The position numbers and the translations under genes were made by a program. A stretch of 62,010 nucleotides of DNA. Source: Holophagales bacterium UBA2201. Its GTDB lineage: Bacteria > Acidobacteriota > Thermoanaerobaculia > UBA2201. How positions within the stretch are numbered: position 1 is the first letter of the stretch; every line of letters starts with the position of its first letter. This document shows positions 55,348 to 62,010 of the stretch, in pieces. The stretch is taken from the NCBI GenBank assembly GCA_002327305.1, contig DCUZ01000065.1, positions 1 to 62,010 on the forward strand, in the 5' to 3' direction. Below the pieces are notes generated by a model. That model saw only the letters and a list, made by a program, of their open reading frames with translations, made no database searches and had not been told where the DNA came from.

Positions 55348-55566
55348 CTATTTGTAACGGTAGATGATGCGCCCGCGCGTCAGGTCGTAGGGCGTCAACT
55401 CCACCAAGACCTTGTCCCCAGGGAGAATGCGGATGAAGTGCTTGCGCATCTTTCCCGAGACATGGGCCAGCACGCGTCGGCTGTTCTCCAATTCGACCCA
55501 GAACCGGGCGTTGGGAAGCAGTTCCACCACCGTTCCCATGACCTCGATCGTCTCTTCTTTGCCCAT
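55348..55566 (-). CDS. infA: Translation initiation factor IF-1
   Basis: [25 protein letters not shown]. Confidence 0.97.
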   Translation of the reverse strand: MGKEETIEVMGTVVELLPNARFWVELENSRRVLAHVSGKMRKHFIRILPGDKVLVELTPYDLTRGRIIYRYK

Positions 55567-55571
55567 AGTCC

Positions 55572-56339
55572 TTACCTCCCAGCCAGGCCCAAAATCCGGG
55601 CCCCCGAGGAGGTGACGGCCACGCTGAACTCGAAATGCGCGGCCATTTTACCATCATTCGTCCGGGCCGTCCAGCCGTCATCGTCGATCGAGACCCCGTT
55701 CCCGCCCTCGCAGACCATCGGCTCGATGGCCAGAACCATCCCCTCAAGCAGTTCCGGTCCGTCGCCGGGCCGGCCGAAATTGGGGACCTGGGGCGGCTCA
55801 TGCATCCGCGTCCCGATGCCGTGCCCCACGAAGTCGCGGATCACGCTGAAGCCGTTCTCCTCGGCGTGGGTCTGCACGGCGTTCCCGATGTCCCCGACGG
55901 TGCTTCCCGGCCGCGTCTGTTCCACGGCGCGGTCGAGGCACTCCCGGGTCACGGTCACGAGCCGGCGGGCGCCGGGGTCCACCTCCCCCACCGTCACGGT
56001 GAGGGCGGCGTCGCCGCAGTAGCCCCGCCAGGTCACGCCGAAATCCACGCTCACCAGGTCGCCCTCCCGGATGATGGCCCGGACGGAGGGGATGCCGTGG
56101 ACGATGACATCGTTGATGGAGACGCAGAGCGACTTGGGATAGCCGCTGTAACCCTTGAAGGAGGGGACGGCGCCGCGGCGGAGGCATTCCCGCTCGGCGA
56201 TGTCGTCGAGGGCCTGGGTCGTGACGCCCGGCTTCACCGCCGCGGCCACGGCGTCGAGCACCTCCCAGACGATCCGGTTGGCCTCGTCCATGATCTCGAT
56301 CTCCGCCCCCGTCTTGAGGGGAATGGCCGGCTTGCTCAT
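55572..56339 (-). CDS. map: Type I methionine aminopeptidase
   Basis: Start [15 protein letters not shown]. Motifs VHGIP and DFGV..GY.GD. Confidence 0.95.
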   Translation of the reverse strand: MSKPAIPLKTGAEIEIMDEANRIVWEVLDAVAAAVKPGVTTQALDDIAERECLRRGAVPSFKGYSGYPKSLCVSINDVIVHGIPSVRAIIREGDLVSVDFGVTWRGYCGDAALTVTVGEVDPGARRLVTVTRECLDRAVEQTRPGSTVGDIGNAVQTHAEENGFSVIRDFVGHGIGTRMHEPPQVPNFGRPGDGPELLEGMVLAIEPMVCEGGNGVSIDDDGWTARTNDGKMAAHFEFSVAVTSSGARILGLAGR

Positions 56340-56995
56340 GCGCCCGGCTCCCCCAGGATGGCCCGCAATTGGACCTGGATGGTTTCGATGCCGCCCAGGG
56401 CGATGATATGGCGCAGGAGCTTTCGCTTCTCGTAATGCTCCACCAGGGGATGCGTGCTGGCGGCGTAGACCTTGAGGCGTTCGCGCACGACCGCCTCGGT
56501 GTCGTCGAGCCGCTGGATGAGCCCCTGGCCGCAGGCGTCGCAGAGGCCGTCCGCCGCGGGCGGGCTTACCTTGAGATGGTACACCCGGCCGCACCCGGGA
56601 CAGGAGCGCCTCAGCGCGAGGCGGGCGACCAGTTCGTCCTCGGGAACGTCCAGGAAAAGAGCGTGGTCCAGTTTGCGGCCCAGTCCGTCCAGCATCCCTT
56701 CCAGGGCCTCGGCCTGGCCCAGGGTGCGGGGAAAGCCGTCCAGGAGGAATCCCTTTTCCCCGCCTTCTTCCAGCCGCGCCCTGACCATCCCCAGGATGAG
56801 CGCGTCGGGGACCAGGCCGCCCGCGTCCATGAATCCCTTGGCCTCCTTCCCGAGGGGGGTTCCCCGGCGCACTTCGTCGCGCAGGAGGTCCCCGGTGGAG
56901 AGGTGCTGGAGGGCGTAGGCCCCGGCCAAGCGGGCCGCCTGGGTCCCTTTCCCGGAACCCGGGGCCCCCAGAAGGATGAGCCCGAGACCGGCCAT
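56336..56995 (-). CDS. adk: Adenylate kinase (zinc-binding lid)
   Basis: LLGAPGSGKGTQA. Lid CPGCGRVYH...CDACG. Confidence 0.95.
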   Translation of the reverse strand: MAGLGLILLGAPGSGKGTQAARLAGAYALQHLSTGDLLRDEVRRGTPLGKEAKGFMDAGGLVPDALILGMVRARLEEGGEKGFLLDGFPRTLGQAEALEGMLDGLGRKLDHALFLDVPEDELVARLALRRSCPGCGRVYHLKVSPPAADGLCDACGQGLIQRLDDTEAVVRERLKVYAASTHPLVEHYEKRKLLRHIIALGGIETIQVQLRAILGEPGA

Positions 56996-58374
56996 CAGCG
57001 CCGTCCCCGCAGGCGGACCCGCTTGAGGAACCCGTCGTAGTGGCGCATGATCAGCTGGCTCTCGATCTGGTTGAGGGTGTCCATGGCGACGCCGACGACG
57101 ATGAGGAGGCTGGTGCCTCCGAAGTAGAACTTGATGCCCATCCCCTCGGTGACCCATTGGGGGAGGATCTCGTCCAGCCAGGGCCCGACGCCCGGGATGG
57201 ACTGGACCTTGAAGCCGGTCATCATCAACTCGGGAAGGATGGCGATGGCCGCCAGGTAGAAGGCCCCGATGAAGGTGATGCGCGAAAGGGTCCTGTCGAT
57301 GAACTCCGCGGTGGCCTTCCCGGGCCGGATCCCCGGGATGAAGCCGCCGTACTTGCGCATGTTGTCGGCGGTGTCCACCGGATTGAAGATGATGGAGGTG
57401 TAGAAGTAGCAGAAGAAGATGATGAGCCCCACGTAGAGCAGGTTATAGAGGGGCTCGCCGTAGGAGAACTGGTGGGCGATGGTCTGCATCACCGGCACCT
57501 TGACCATGGCGGCCACGGTGGAGGGGAACTGCACCACCGAGGCGGCGAAGATGATGGGGATGACGCCGCCCGTGTTCAGCTTCAGCGGGAGGTAGGTGTT
57601 GGCGCCGCCGTAGACGCGGCGGCCCACCTGCCGCTTGGCGTACTGGATGGGGATGCGCCGCTGGGCCCGCTCCATGAAGACGATGAACCCCACCACGGCC
57701 ACCATGAAGACGATCAGGAGGGCGACCTTGAAAATGTTGGTGGCGCCGCTGCGGAAGTCCTCGAAGGTGGCGACGATGCCGCCGGGGATCCCCACGATGA
57801 TGCCGGCGTAGATGATCAGCGAGATGCCGTTGCCGATCCCCCGCTCGCTGATCTGCTCGCCCAGCCACATGATGAAGGCGGTCCCGGTGGTCAGGGTGAT
57901 CATGGTGAGGAGGCGGAATCCCCATCCCGGCTCGGGGATGAGGGGAAGGCCGCCGGGGGAGGTCTGACGCTCGATGAAGATGGCGATGCCGAAGGACTGG
58001 AGGATGGAGATGCCCATCGTGCCGTAGCGGGTGTACTGGGTGATCTTGCGCTTCCCCAGCTCCCCCTCCTTGGAGAGCTTCTCCAGGTAGGGCCAGACGA
58101 CGGTGAGGAGCTGGAGGATGATCGAGGCGGAGATGTAGGGCATGATGCCCAGGGCGAAAATGGTCATGCGCCCCATGGCGCCGCCGGAGAACATGTTGAT
58201 GAACCCGACGACGGTCCCCTCGAACTGCCGGAAGAACTCCGCCAGGGCGGTGGGGTCGATGCCCGGGGTGGGGATGACCGCTCCGACGCGGTAGACCGCC
58301 AGCAGGGCGAGGGTGAAGATCACCCGCTTCCTCAAGTCCGGGATGGCGATGATGTTCCGGACGCTATCGAACAC
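56995..58374 (-). CDS. secY: Preprotein translocase subunit SecY
   Basis: 10-TM protein with a conserved SecY N-terminus and position in the operon. Confidence 0.97.
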   Translation of the reverse strand: MFDSVRNIIAIPDLRKRVIFTLALLAVYRVGAVIPTPGIDPTALAEFFRQFEGTVVGFINMFSGGAMGRMTIFALGIMPYISASIILQLLTVVWPYLEKLSKEGELGKRKITQYTRYGTMGISILQSFGIAIFIERQTSPGGLPLIPEPGWGFRLLTMITLTTGTAFIMWLGEQISERGIGNGISLIIYAGIIVGIPGGIVATFEDFRSGATNIFKVALLIVFMVAVVGFIVFMERAQRRIPIQYAKRQVGRRVYGGANTYLPLKLNTGGVIPIIFAASVVQFPSTVAAMVKVPVMQTIAHQFSYGEPLYNLLYVGLIIFFCYFYTSIIFNPVDTADNMRKYGGFIPGIRPGKATAEFIDRTLSRITFIGAFYLAAIAILPELMMTGFKVQSIPGVGPWLDEILPQWVTEGMGIKFYFGGTSLLIVVGVAMDTLNQIESQLIMRHYDGFLKRVRLRGRR

Positions 58375-58375
58375 C

Positions 58376-58813
58376 TTAGATCACCTCGCAGGTTCCGCCG
58401 ACGGCCTCGATCTTCTCCCGGGCCGTCTTGGAGAACTGGTGAGCCACGACGTGGATGGACTTTTCGAGCGCGCCGGTGCCGAGGATCTTGACGCCGGCCT
58501 TCATCTTCTTCACAAGACCGCTCTCCACCATCTTCTGCAGGTCCACCTTGGTCCCCTTCCGGAACTCGTTGAGGTCGCCCACGTTGACGATGGCGAACTC
58601 CTTCTTGAAGATGTTGGTGAAGCCGCGCTTGGGGATCCGGCGGATCAGCGGCATCTGCCCCCCTTCGAAACCGGGACGCATGGAGGAGCCGGAGCGGGAC
58701 CAGAAGCCCTTGTGGCCGCGGGCCGCGGTCTTGCCGTGGCCCGAGCCCGGGCCCCGGCCGATCCGTTTGCGCTTGTGGGTGGCGCCTTTGGCGGGTTTGA
58801 GCGTGTTCAGCAT
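58376..58813 (-). CDS. rplO: 50S ribosomal protein L15
   Basis: [29 protein letters not shown]. Confidence 0.97.
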   Translation of the reverse strand: MLNTLKPAKGATHKRKRIGRGPGSGHGKTAARGHKGFWSRSGSSMRPGFEGGQMPLIRRIPKRGFTNIFKKEFAIVNVGDLNEFRKGTKVDLQKMVESGLVKKMKAGVKILGTGALEKSIHVVAHQFSKTAREKIEAVGGTCEVI

Positions 58814-58817
58814 GGGA

Positions 58818-59006
58818 TCACTCCTCGACGATCTCGACGAGATGGGGGATGCGGGCGATCAGGCCCCGCAGTTCGCGGGTGTCCTGCCGCGTGACGGTGT
58901 GCCCGATGCGGCGGAGACCGATGCCCTTGAGGCATTCCTTCTGCCGCTCGGTGCATTTGGCCTTGCCGCGGACCTGACGGATGGTGAGGGATTTGGCCTT
59001 CTTCAC
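58818..59006 (-). CDS. rpmD: 50S ribosomal protein L30
   Basis: Size, position and the LGLRRIGH-type motif. Confidence 0.93.
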   Translation of the reverse strand: MKKAKSLTIRQVRGKAKCTERQKECLKGIGLRRIGHTVTRQDTRELRGLIARIPHLVEIVEE

Positions 59007-59500
59007 TTGCGGCCCTCCTTCTCCTCCAGGCCGCGGGCCGCCAGCACCCGCTCGGGGGGCCGGATGCTGACCAGACCGGCGATGGTGGCCTGCACCAGGT
59101 TGTTGGGATTGGTGCTTCCGAGGGATTTGGTGAGGATGTCGGAGACGCCGAGGGTCTCCATGACCGCCCGCACCGGTCCGCCGGCGATGACGCCCGTCCC
59201 GGGACGGGCGGGCTTGAGGATGACCCGGCCCGCCTTGAAACGCCCCAGCACCTCGTGGGGGATGGTGGAGCCCTTCAGCGGCACCTCCACCACGTTCTTG
59301 CGGGCGGCGTCCAGGGCCTTGCGGATGGCCTGGGGGACCTCACGGGCCTTCCCCGTGCCGAAACCGACCTTCCCCTTCTTGTCGCCCACCACGACGAGCG
59401 CCGAGAAGCGGAAGTTCTTGCCTCCCTTGACGACCTTGCTCACGCGGTTGACGAAAACGACCTGGTCGAACCATTCCTGCTCGTAATTCTCCATAATCAT
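59003..59500 (-). CDS. rpsE: 30S ribosomal protein S5
   Basis: [24 protein letters not shown]. Confidence 0.97.
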   Translation of the reverse strand: MIMENYEQEWFDQVVFVNRVSKVVKGGKNFRFSALVVVGDKKGKVGFGTGKAREVPQAIRKALDAARKNVVEVPLKGSTIPHEVLGRFKAGRVILKPARPGTGVIAGGPVRAVMETLGVSDILTKSLGSTNPNNLVQATIAGLVSIRPPERVLAARGLEEKEGRK

Positions 59501-59503
59501 CCT

Positions 59504-59869
59504 CTAAAACTCGATTCCCTTTTCGCGAAGGGCCTCGGCAAGGGCCTTGACGCGGCCGTGGTATTTGAAACCCCCGCGGTCGAAGACGATCCGCGTGATC
59601 CCCTTTTCCTTCAGCTTCTCCGCCAGCTTGTGCCCGATGGCCTTGGCGGCGGCGATGTTGCCGCCCCCCTTGATCTCGGTGCGCGCCTCGGTGGAGTTGG
59701 AAGAGAAGGCCGCGAGCGTTTTGCCCGTTTCGTCGTCGATGGCCTGCGCGTAGATGTGTCCCGTGCTGCGGAAGACGGCCAGGCGGGGCCTCTGCTGGGT
59801 GCCTCGCACCCGTTCCCGGATGCGCGCGTGAACCCTCTGGCGGGGGGTGGTCCGTTTTTTGATCGTCAT
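59504..59869 (-). CDS. rplR: 50S ribosomal protein L18
   Basis: RPRLAVFRS..HIYAQ.IDD. Confidence 0.97.
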   Translation of the reverse strand: MTIKKRTTPRQRVHARIRERVRGTQQRPRLAVFRSTGHIYAQAIDDETGKTLAAFSSNSTEARTEIKGGGNIAAAKAIGHKLAEKLKEKGITRIVFDRGGFKYHGRVKALAEALREKGIEF

Positions 59870-59872
59870 GGC

Positions 59873-60415
59873 CTAAGCTCCTGCCTTGCCGACCTTGAGT
59901 TTGAGCTTCTCGTCGGCGAACTTGATCCCCTTGCCCTTGTAGGAATCGGGGGGCCTCAGGCCGCGGATATTGGCCGCCACCTGCCCGATGAGGTGCTTGT
60001 CGGCGCTGGTCAGCGTCAGACGGTTGGCTTTGGGGTCGTAGGCCACCTGGACGCCCGCCGGGACGCTGAAGGAGACGGAGTGCGAAAAGCCGAGGGCGAG
60101 GGTGAGGTCCTGGCCCTTCAATTCGGCCTTGTAACCCGTTCCCACGATCTCCAGCTCCTTTTTATAGCCGGTCGTGAGGCCGTTGATGGCGTTGGTCAGA
60201 AGGCGGAAGATCAGCCCCTGGTAGGAGCGGGTCTTTTTTTCCTCGTCCCGTCGCACGATGTGGACCGATCCGGCCTCGCGGAACTCGGCGTCGATCCCGG
60301 GCAGCAGGTCCACAAAGAGGGTCCCCTGCTTCCCCTTGACGGCGAGGCGCCCGCCCTCCTTGGCGACCTGGAGGCCGGCCGGGATGACGATGGGTTTCTT
60401 GGCAAGTCTCGACAT
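59873..60415 (-). CDS. rplF: 50S ribosomal protein L6
   Basis: MSRLAKKPIVIPAG. Confidence 0.97.
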   Translation of the reverse strand: MSRLAKKPIVIPAGLQVAKEGGRLAVKGKQGTLFVDLLPGIDAEFREAGSVHIVRRDEEKKTRSYQGLIFRLLTNAINGLTTGYKKELEIVGTGYKAELKGQDLTLALGFSHSVSFSVPAGVQVAYDPKANRLTLTSADKHLIGQVAANIRGLRPPDSYKGKGIKFADEKLKLKVGKAGA

Positions 60416-60425
60416 AGGCGGCCTC

Positions 60426-60824
60426 CTACCAGACCCGGCAGAGGACCTCGCCCCCCACCCCCTGGTGGGAGGCCTTCTGGCCGGTCATGATGCCCCTGGA
60501 AGTGGAGAGGATGACGATGCCGAGGCCCCCGAGGACCTGCGGGATCGCTTCACGATCGCAATAGACGCGCCGGGAGGGCTTGCTGACGCGTTCCAGGCGG
60601 CGCATGATGGGGTGGCCGCCTTCGTCGTATTTCAGATGGATCTTCAGGACGCCCTGCTTGGCGTCCTCGACGAACTTGAAATTGCGGATGTACCCCTCGT
60701 TCTTTAGGATCTTGGCGATCTCCAGCTTCATCTTGGAGGCCGGGAGCACCACCTCCTCGCGCTTGGCCATGTAGGCGTTGCGGATGCGGGTCAGGAGATC
60801 GGCGATGGGATCGGTCATGCTCAT
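60426..60824 (-). CDS. rpsH: 30S ribosomal protein S8
   Basis: [17 protein letters not shown]. Confidence 0.97.
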   Translation of the reverse strand: MSMTDPIADLLTRIRNAYMAKREEVVLPASKMKLEIAKILKNEGYIRNFKFVEDAKQGVLKIHLKYDEGGHPIMRRLERVSKPSRRVYCDREAIPQVLGGLGIVILSTSRGIMTGQKASHQGVGGEVLCRVW

Positions 60825-60833
60825 GGGTTCACC

Positions 60834-61019
60834 TCACCAGGACGCTTTCCGGACGCCGGGGATCTGTCCCTCCAGCGCCATTTTTCGGAAGCAGATCCTG
60901 CACAGCTCGAATTTGCGGTAATAGCCCCGGGGCCGGCCGCACAACAGGCAGCGGTTCCGGTGCCGGATCTTGAATTTCAGTTTCTTGCGCTCGCGCGCCA
61001 TTTTCGCGGTCGTGGCCAT
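60834..61019 (-). CDS. rpsN: 30S ribosomal protein S14, zinc-binding type Z (61 aa)
   Basis: [13 protein letters not shown]...[20 protein letters not shown]. The track ORF is N-terminally over-extended. Confidence 0.95.
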   Translation of the reverse strand: MATTAKMARERKKLKFKIRHRNRCLLCGRPRGYYRKFELCRICFRKMALEGQIPGVRKASW

Positions 61020-61042
61020 GGATCGTGCGCTCCCTTCTCCGT

Positions 61043-61591
61043 TTACTTGGCGAACGGCATCCCGAGGGACGCCAGCAGGTAATAGCCCATTTCGTCGGAG
61101 CCGGCCGAGGTGCAGATGGTGACGTTCATCCCCTTGGACTTGTCCACCTTGGTGTAATCCAGCTCGAGAAAGATGAGATGGTCCTTGAGGCCGAGGGTGT
61201 AATTGCCGCGTCCATCGAACCCCGTGGCGGGGATGCCGCGGAAGTCGCGCACGCGGGGCAGGGCGACGCTGACGAAGCGGTCCATGAACTCCCACATCCG
61301 GTTGCCCCGCAGGGTGACCCGGCAGCCGACCGGCATCCCCTCGCGCAGTTTGAAGTTGGCGATGGACTTCTTGGCCCGGGTGATGACCGCGCGCTGCCCG
61401 GCGATGAGGGTGAGCTCGTCGGCCGCCACGTCGAGGAGCTTGGGGTCCCGGGAGCCCTCCCCGAGGCCGATGTTGAGGACGATCTTCGTCAGCGTGGGGA
61501 CGGCCGCGGGCGTCTTGAGCGCGTATTTCTCCATGAACTTGCCGGCGATCTCCCGCTGGAACAACTCCTTCATTCTGGGTTTGTAGGCCAT
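61043..61591 (-). CDS. rplE: 50S ribosomal protein L5
   Basis: Conserved L5 sequence and operon position. Confidence 0.97.
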   Translation of the reverse strand: MAYKPRMKELFQREIAGKFMEKYALKTPAAVPTLTKIVLNIGLGEGSRDPKLLDVAADELTLIAGQRAVITRAKKSIANFKLREGMPVGCRVTLRGNRMWEFMDRFVSVALPRVRDFRGIPATGFDGRGNYTLGLKDHLIFLELDYTKVDKSKGMNVTICTSAGSDEMGYYLLASLGMPFAK

Positions 61592-61606
61592 GGTCGATCT
61601 CCTCCC

Positions 61607-61921
61607 TTACCCCAGAAACCCTTTGCACTTCTTGCACGCGCGGTTGCGCGTGCCGTCGGCCTGGACGGCGTGCCCCACCCGCGTGGGGACGCGGCACTCG
61701 GGGCAGACGACCATGAGTTTGTCGACGCGCAGGGGCGCCTCGCGCTCCACCACGCCGCCCTTGATCTGTTTCTGGGGATTGGGGCGGGTGTGGCGCTTGA
61801 TCATGTTCACCTTCTCCACGATGACGGTGTTTTTCTTGGCCAGGACGCGCAGGATCTTCCCCTTCTTGCCCCTGTCCTTGCCCGAGAGCACCACGACGGT
61901 GTCGTTCTTCTTGAGGAACAT
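61607..61921 (-). CDS. rplX: 50S ribosomal protein L24
   Basis: [21 protein letters not shown] (KOW motif). The ATG shares one nt with the rplN TGA. Confidence 0.95.
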   Translation of the reverse strand: MFLKKNDTVVVLSGKDRGKKGKILRVLAKKNTVIVEKVNMIKRHTRPNPQKQIKGGVVEREAPLRVDKLMVVCPECRVPTRVGHAVQADGTRNRACKKCKGFLG

Positions 61922-62010
61922 CACAGCACCTCCGGAGCCAGCGAGATGATCTTCATGAACTGCTTCTCGCGCAGCTCCCGCGCCACGGGCCCGAAGATGC
62001 GGGTGCCGCG
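61921..62010 (-). CDS. rplN: 50S ribosomal protein L14, C-terminal fragment (gene continues off-window)
   Basis: The minus-strand translation ends ..[29 protein letters not shown]. Confidence 0.9.
   Translation of the reverse strand, partial: RGTRIFGPVARELREKQFMKIISLAPEVL

Overview
This is a 62,010-bp, visibly high-GC, densely coding bacterial chromosomal window. I cannot assign taxonomy without a database search. The many secreted peptidases, TPR and HD-GYP proteins fit an Acidobacteriota-like organism, but that is only an impression. The core content reads as follows. 154-3442: an SDR, a serine palmitoyltransferase-like enzyme and a GNAT-like protein, resembling a ceramide-type lipid gene trio. 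5328-10354: ligA, an MBL-fold hydrolase and a GAF-HD-GYP protein. 10614-17406: TatD, a rhomboid protease, two M16 peptidases and korAB. 17495-19977: an FHA/zinc-ribbon, TPR/AIM24-like and lytic transglycosylase operon. 20146-23952: FmdB, thioredoxin-2, ArsR, a cyclophilin and a UvrD-like helicase. 24053-28728: S9 and M28 peptidases and an ankyrin protein. 28817-32534: etfBA plus a membrane Fe-S oxidoreductase. 32452-36333: YraN, a zeta-toxin-like cassette, a DUF368 protein and a GT2 glycosyltransferase. 36344-49347: ABC-F ATPase, Ctp, an M23 peptidase, PAS-HD-GYP plus GDPD, an MgtE-like transporter, an aminotransferase, an MFS transporter and thiD. 51624-62010: efp and a canonical ribosomal spc/alpha operon block (rplN through rplQ with secY, adk, map, infA and rpoA). 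No rRNA, tRNA or CRISPR array was seen. The unusual material sits in the accessory regions. (1) An AT-rich 1.5-kb island (3814-5301) carries two lipoprotein genes. It is punctuated by at least 7 copies of a ~20-bp GGGACAG/CTGTCCC palindromic repeat and bounded by a perfect 18-bp inverted repeat. (2) A zeta-toxin-like two-gene cassette is bracketed by ~150-bp direct repeats. (3) A genome-style family of heptamer tandem arrays abuts or crosses stop and start codons at 10 or more loci, and there is an 8-mer x11 / 9-mer x5 composite array. (4) AT-rich single-gene wedges lie at 7574-7867 and 49372-50082. (5) A toxin-antitoxin cluster lies between thiD and efp. (6) A recurrent TATAAT sits 6-8 nt before the ATG of five genes, suggesting leaderless mRNAs. 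Many long ORFs in the supplied track are antisense or N-terminally over-extended artefacts of the high GC. Starts were re-placed using RBS, gene overlaps and conserved N-termini.
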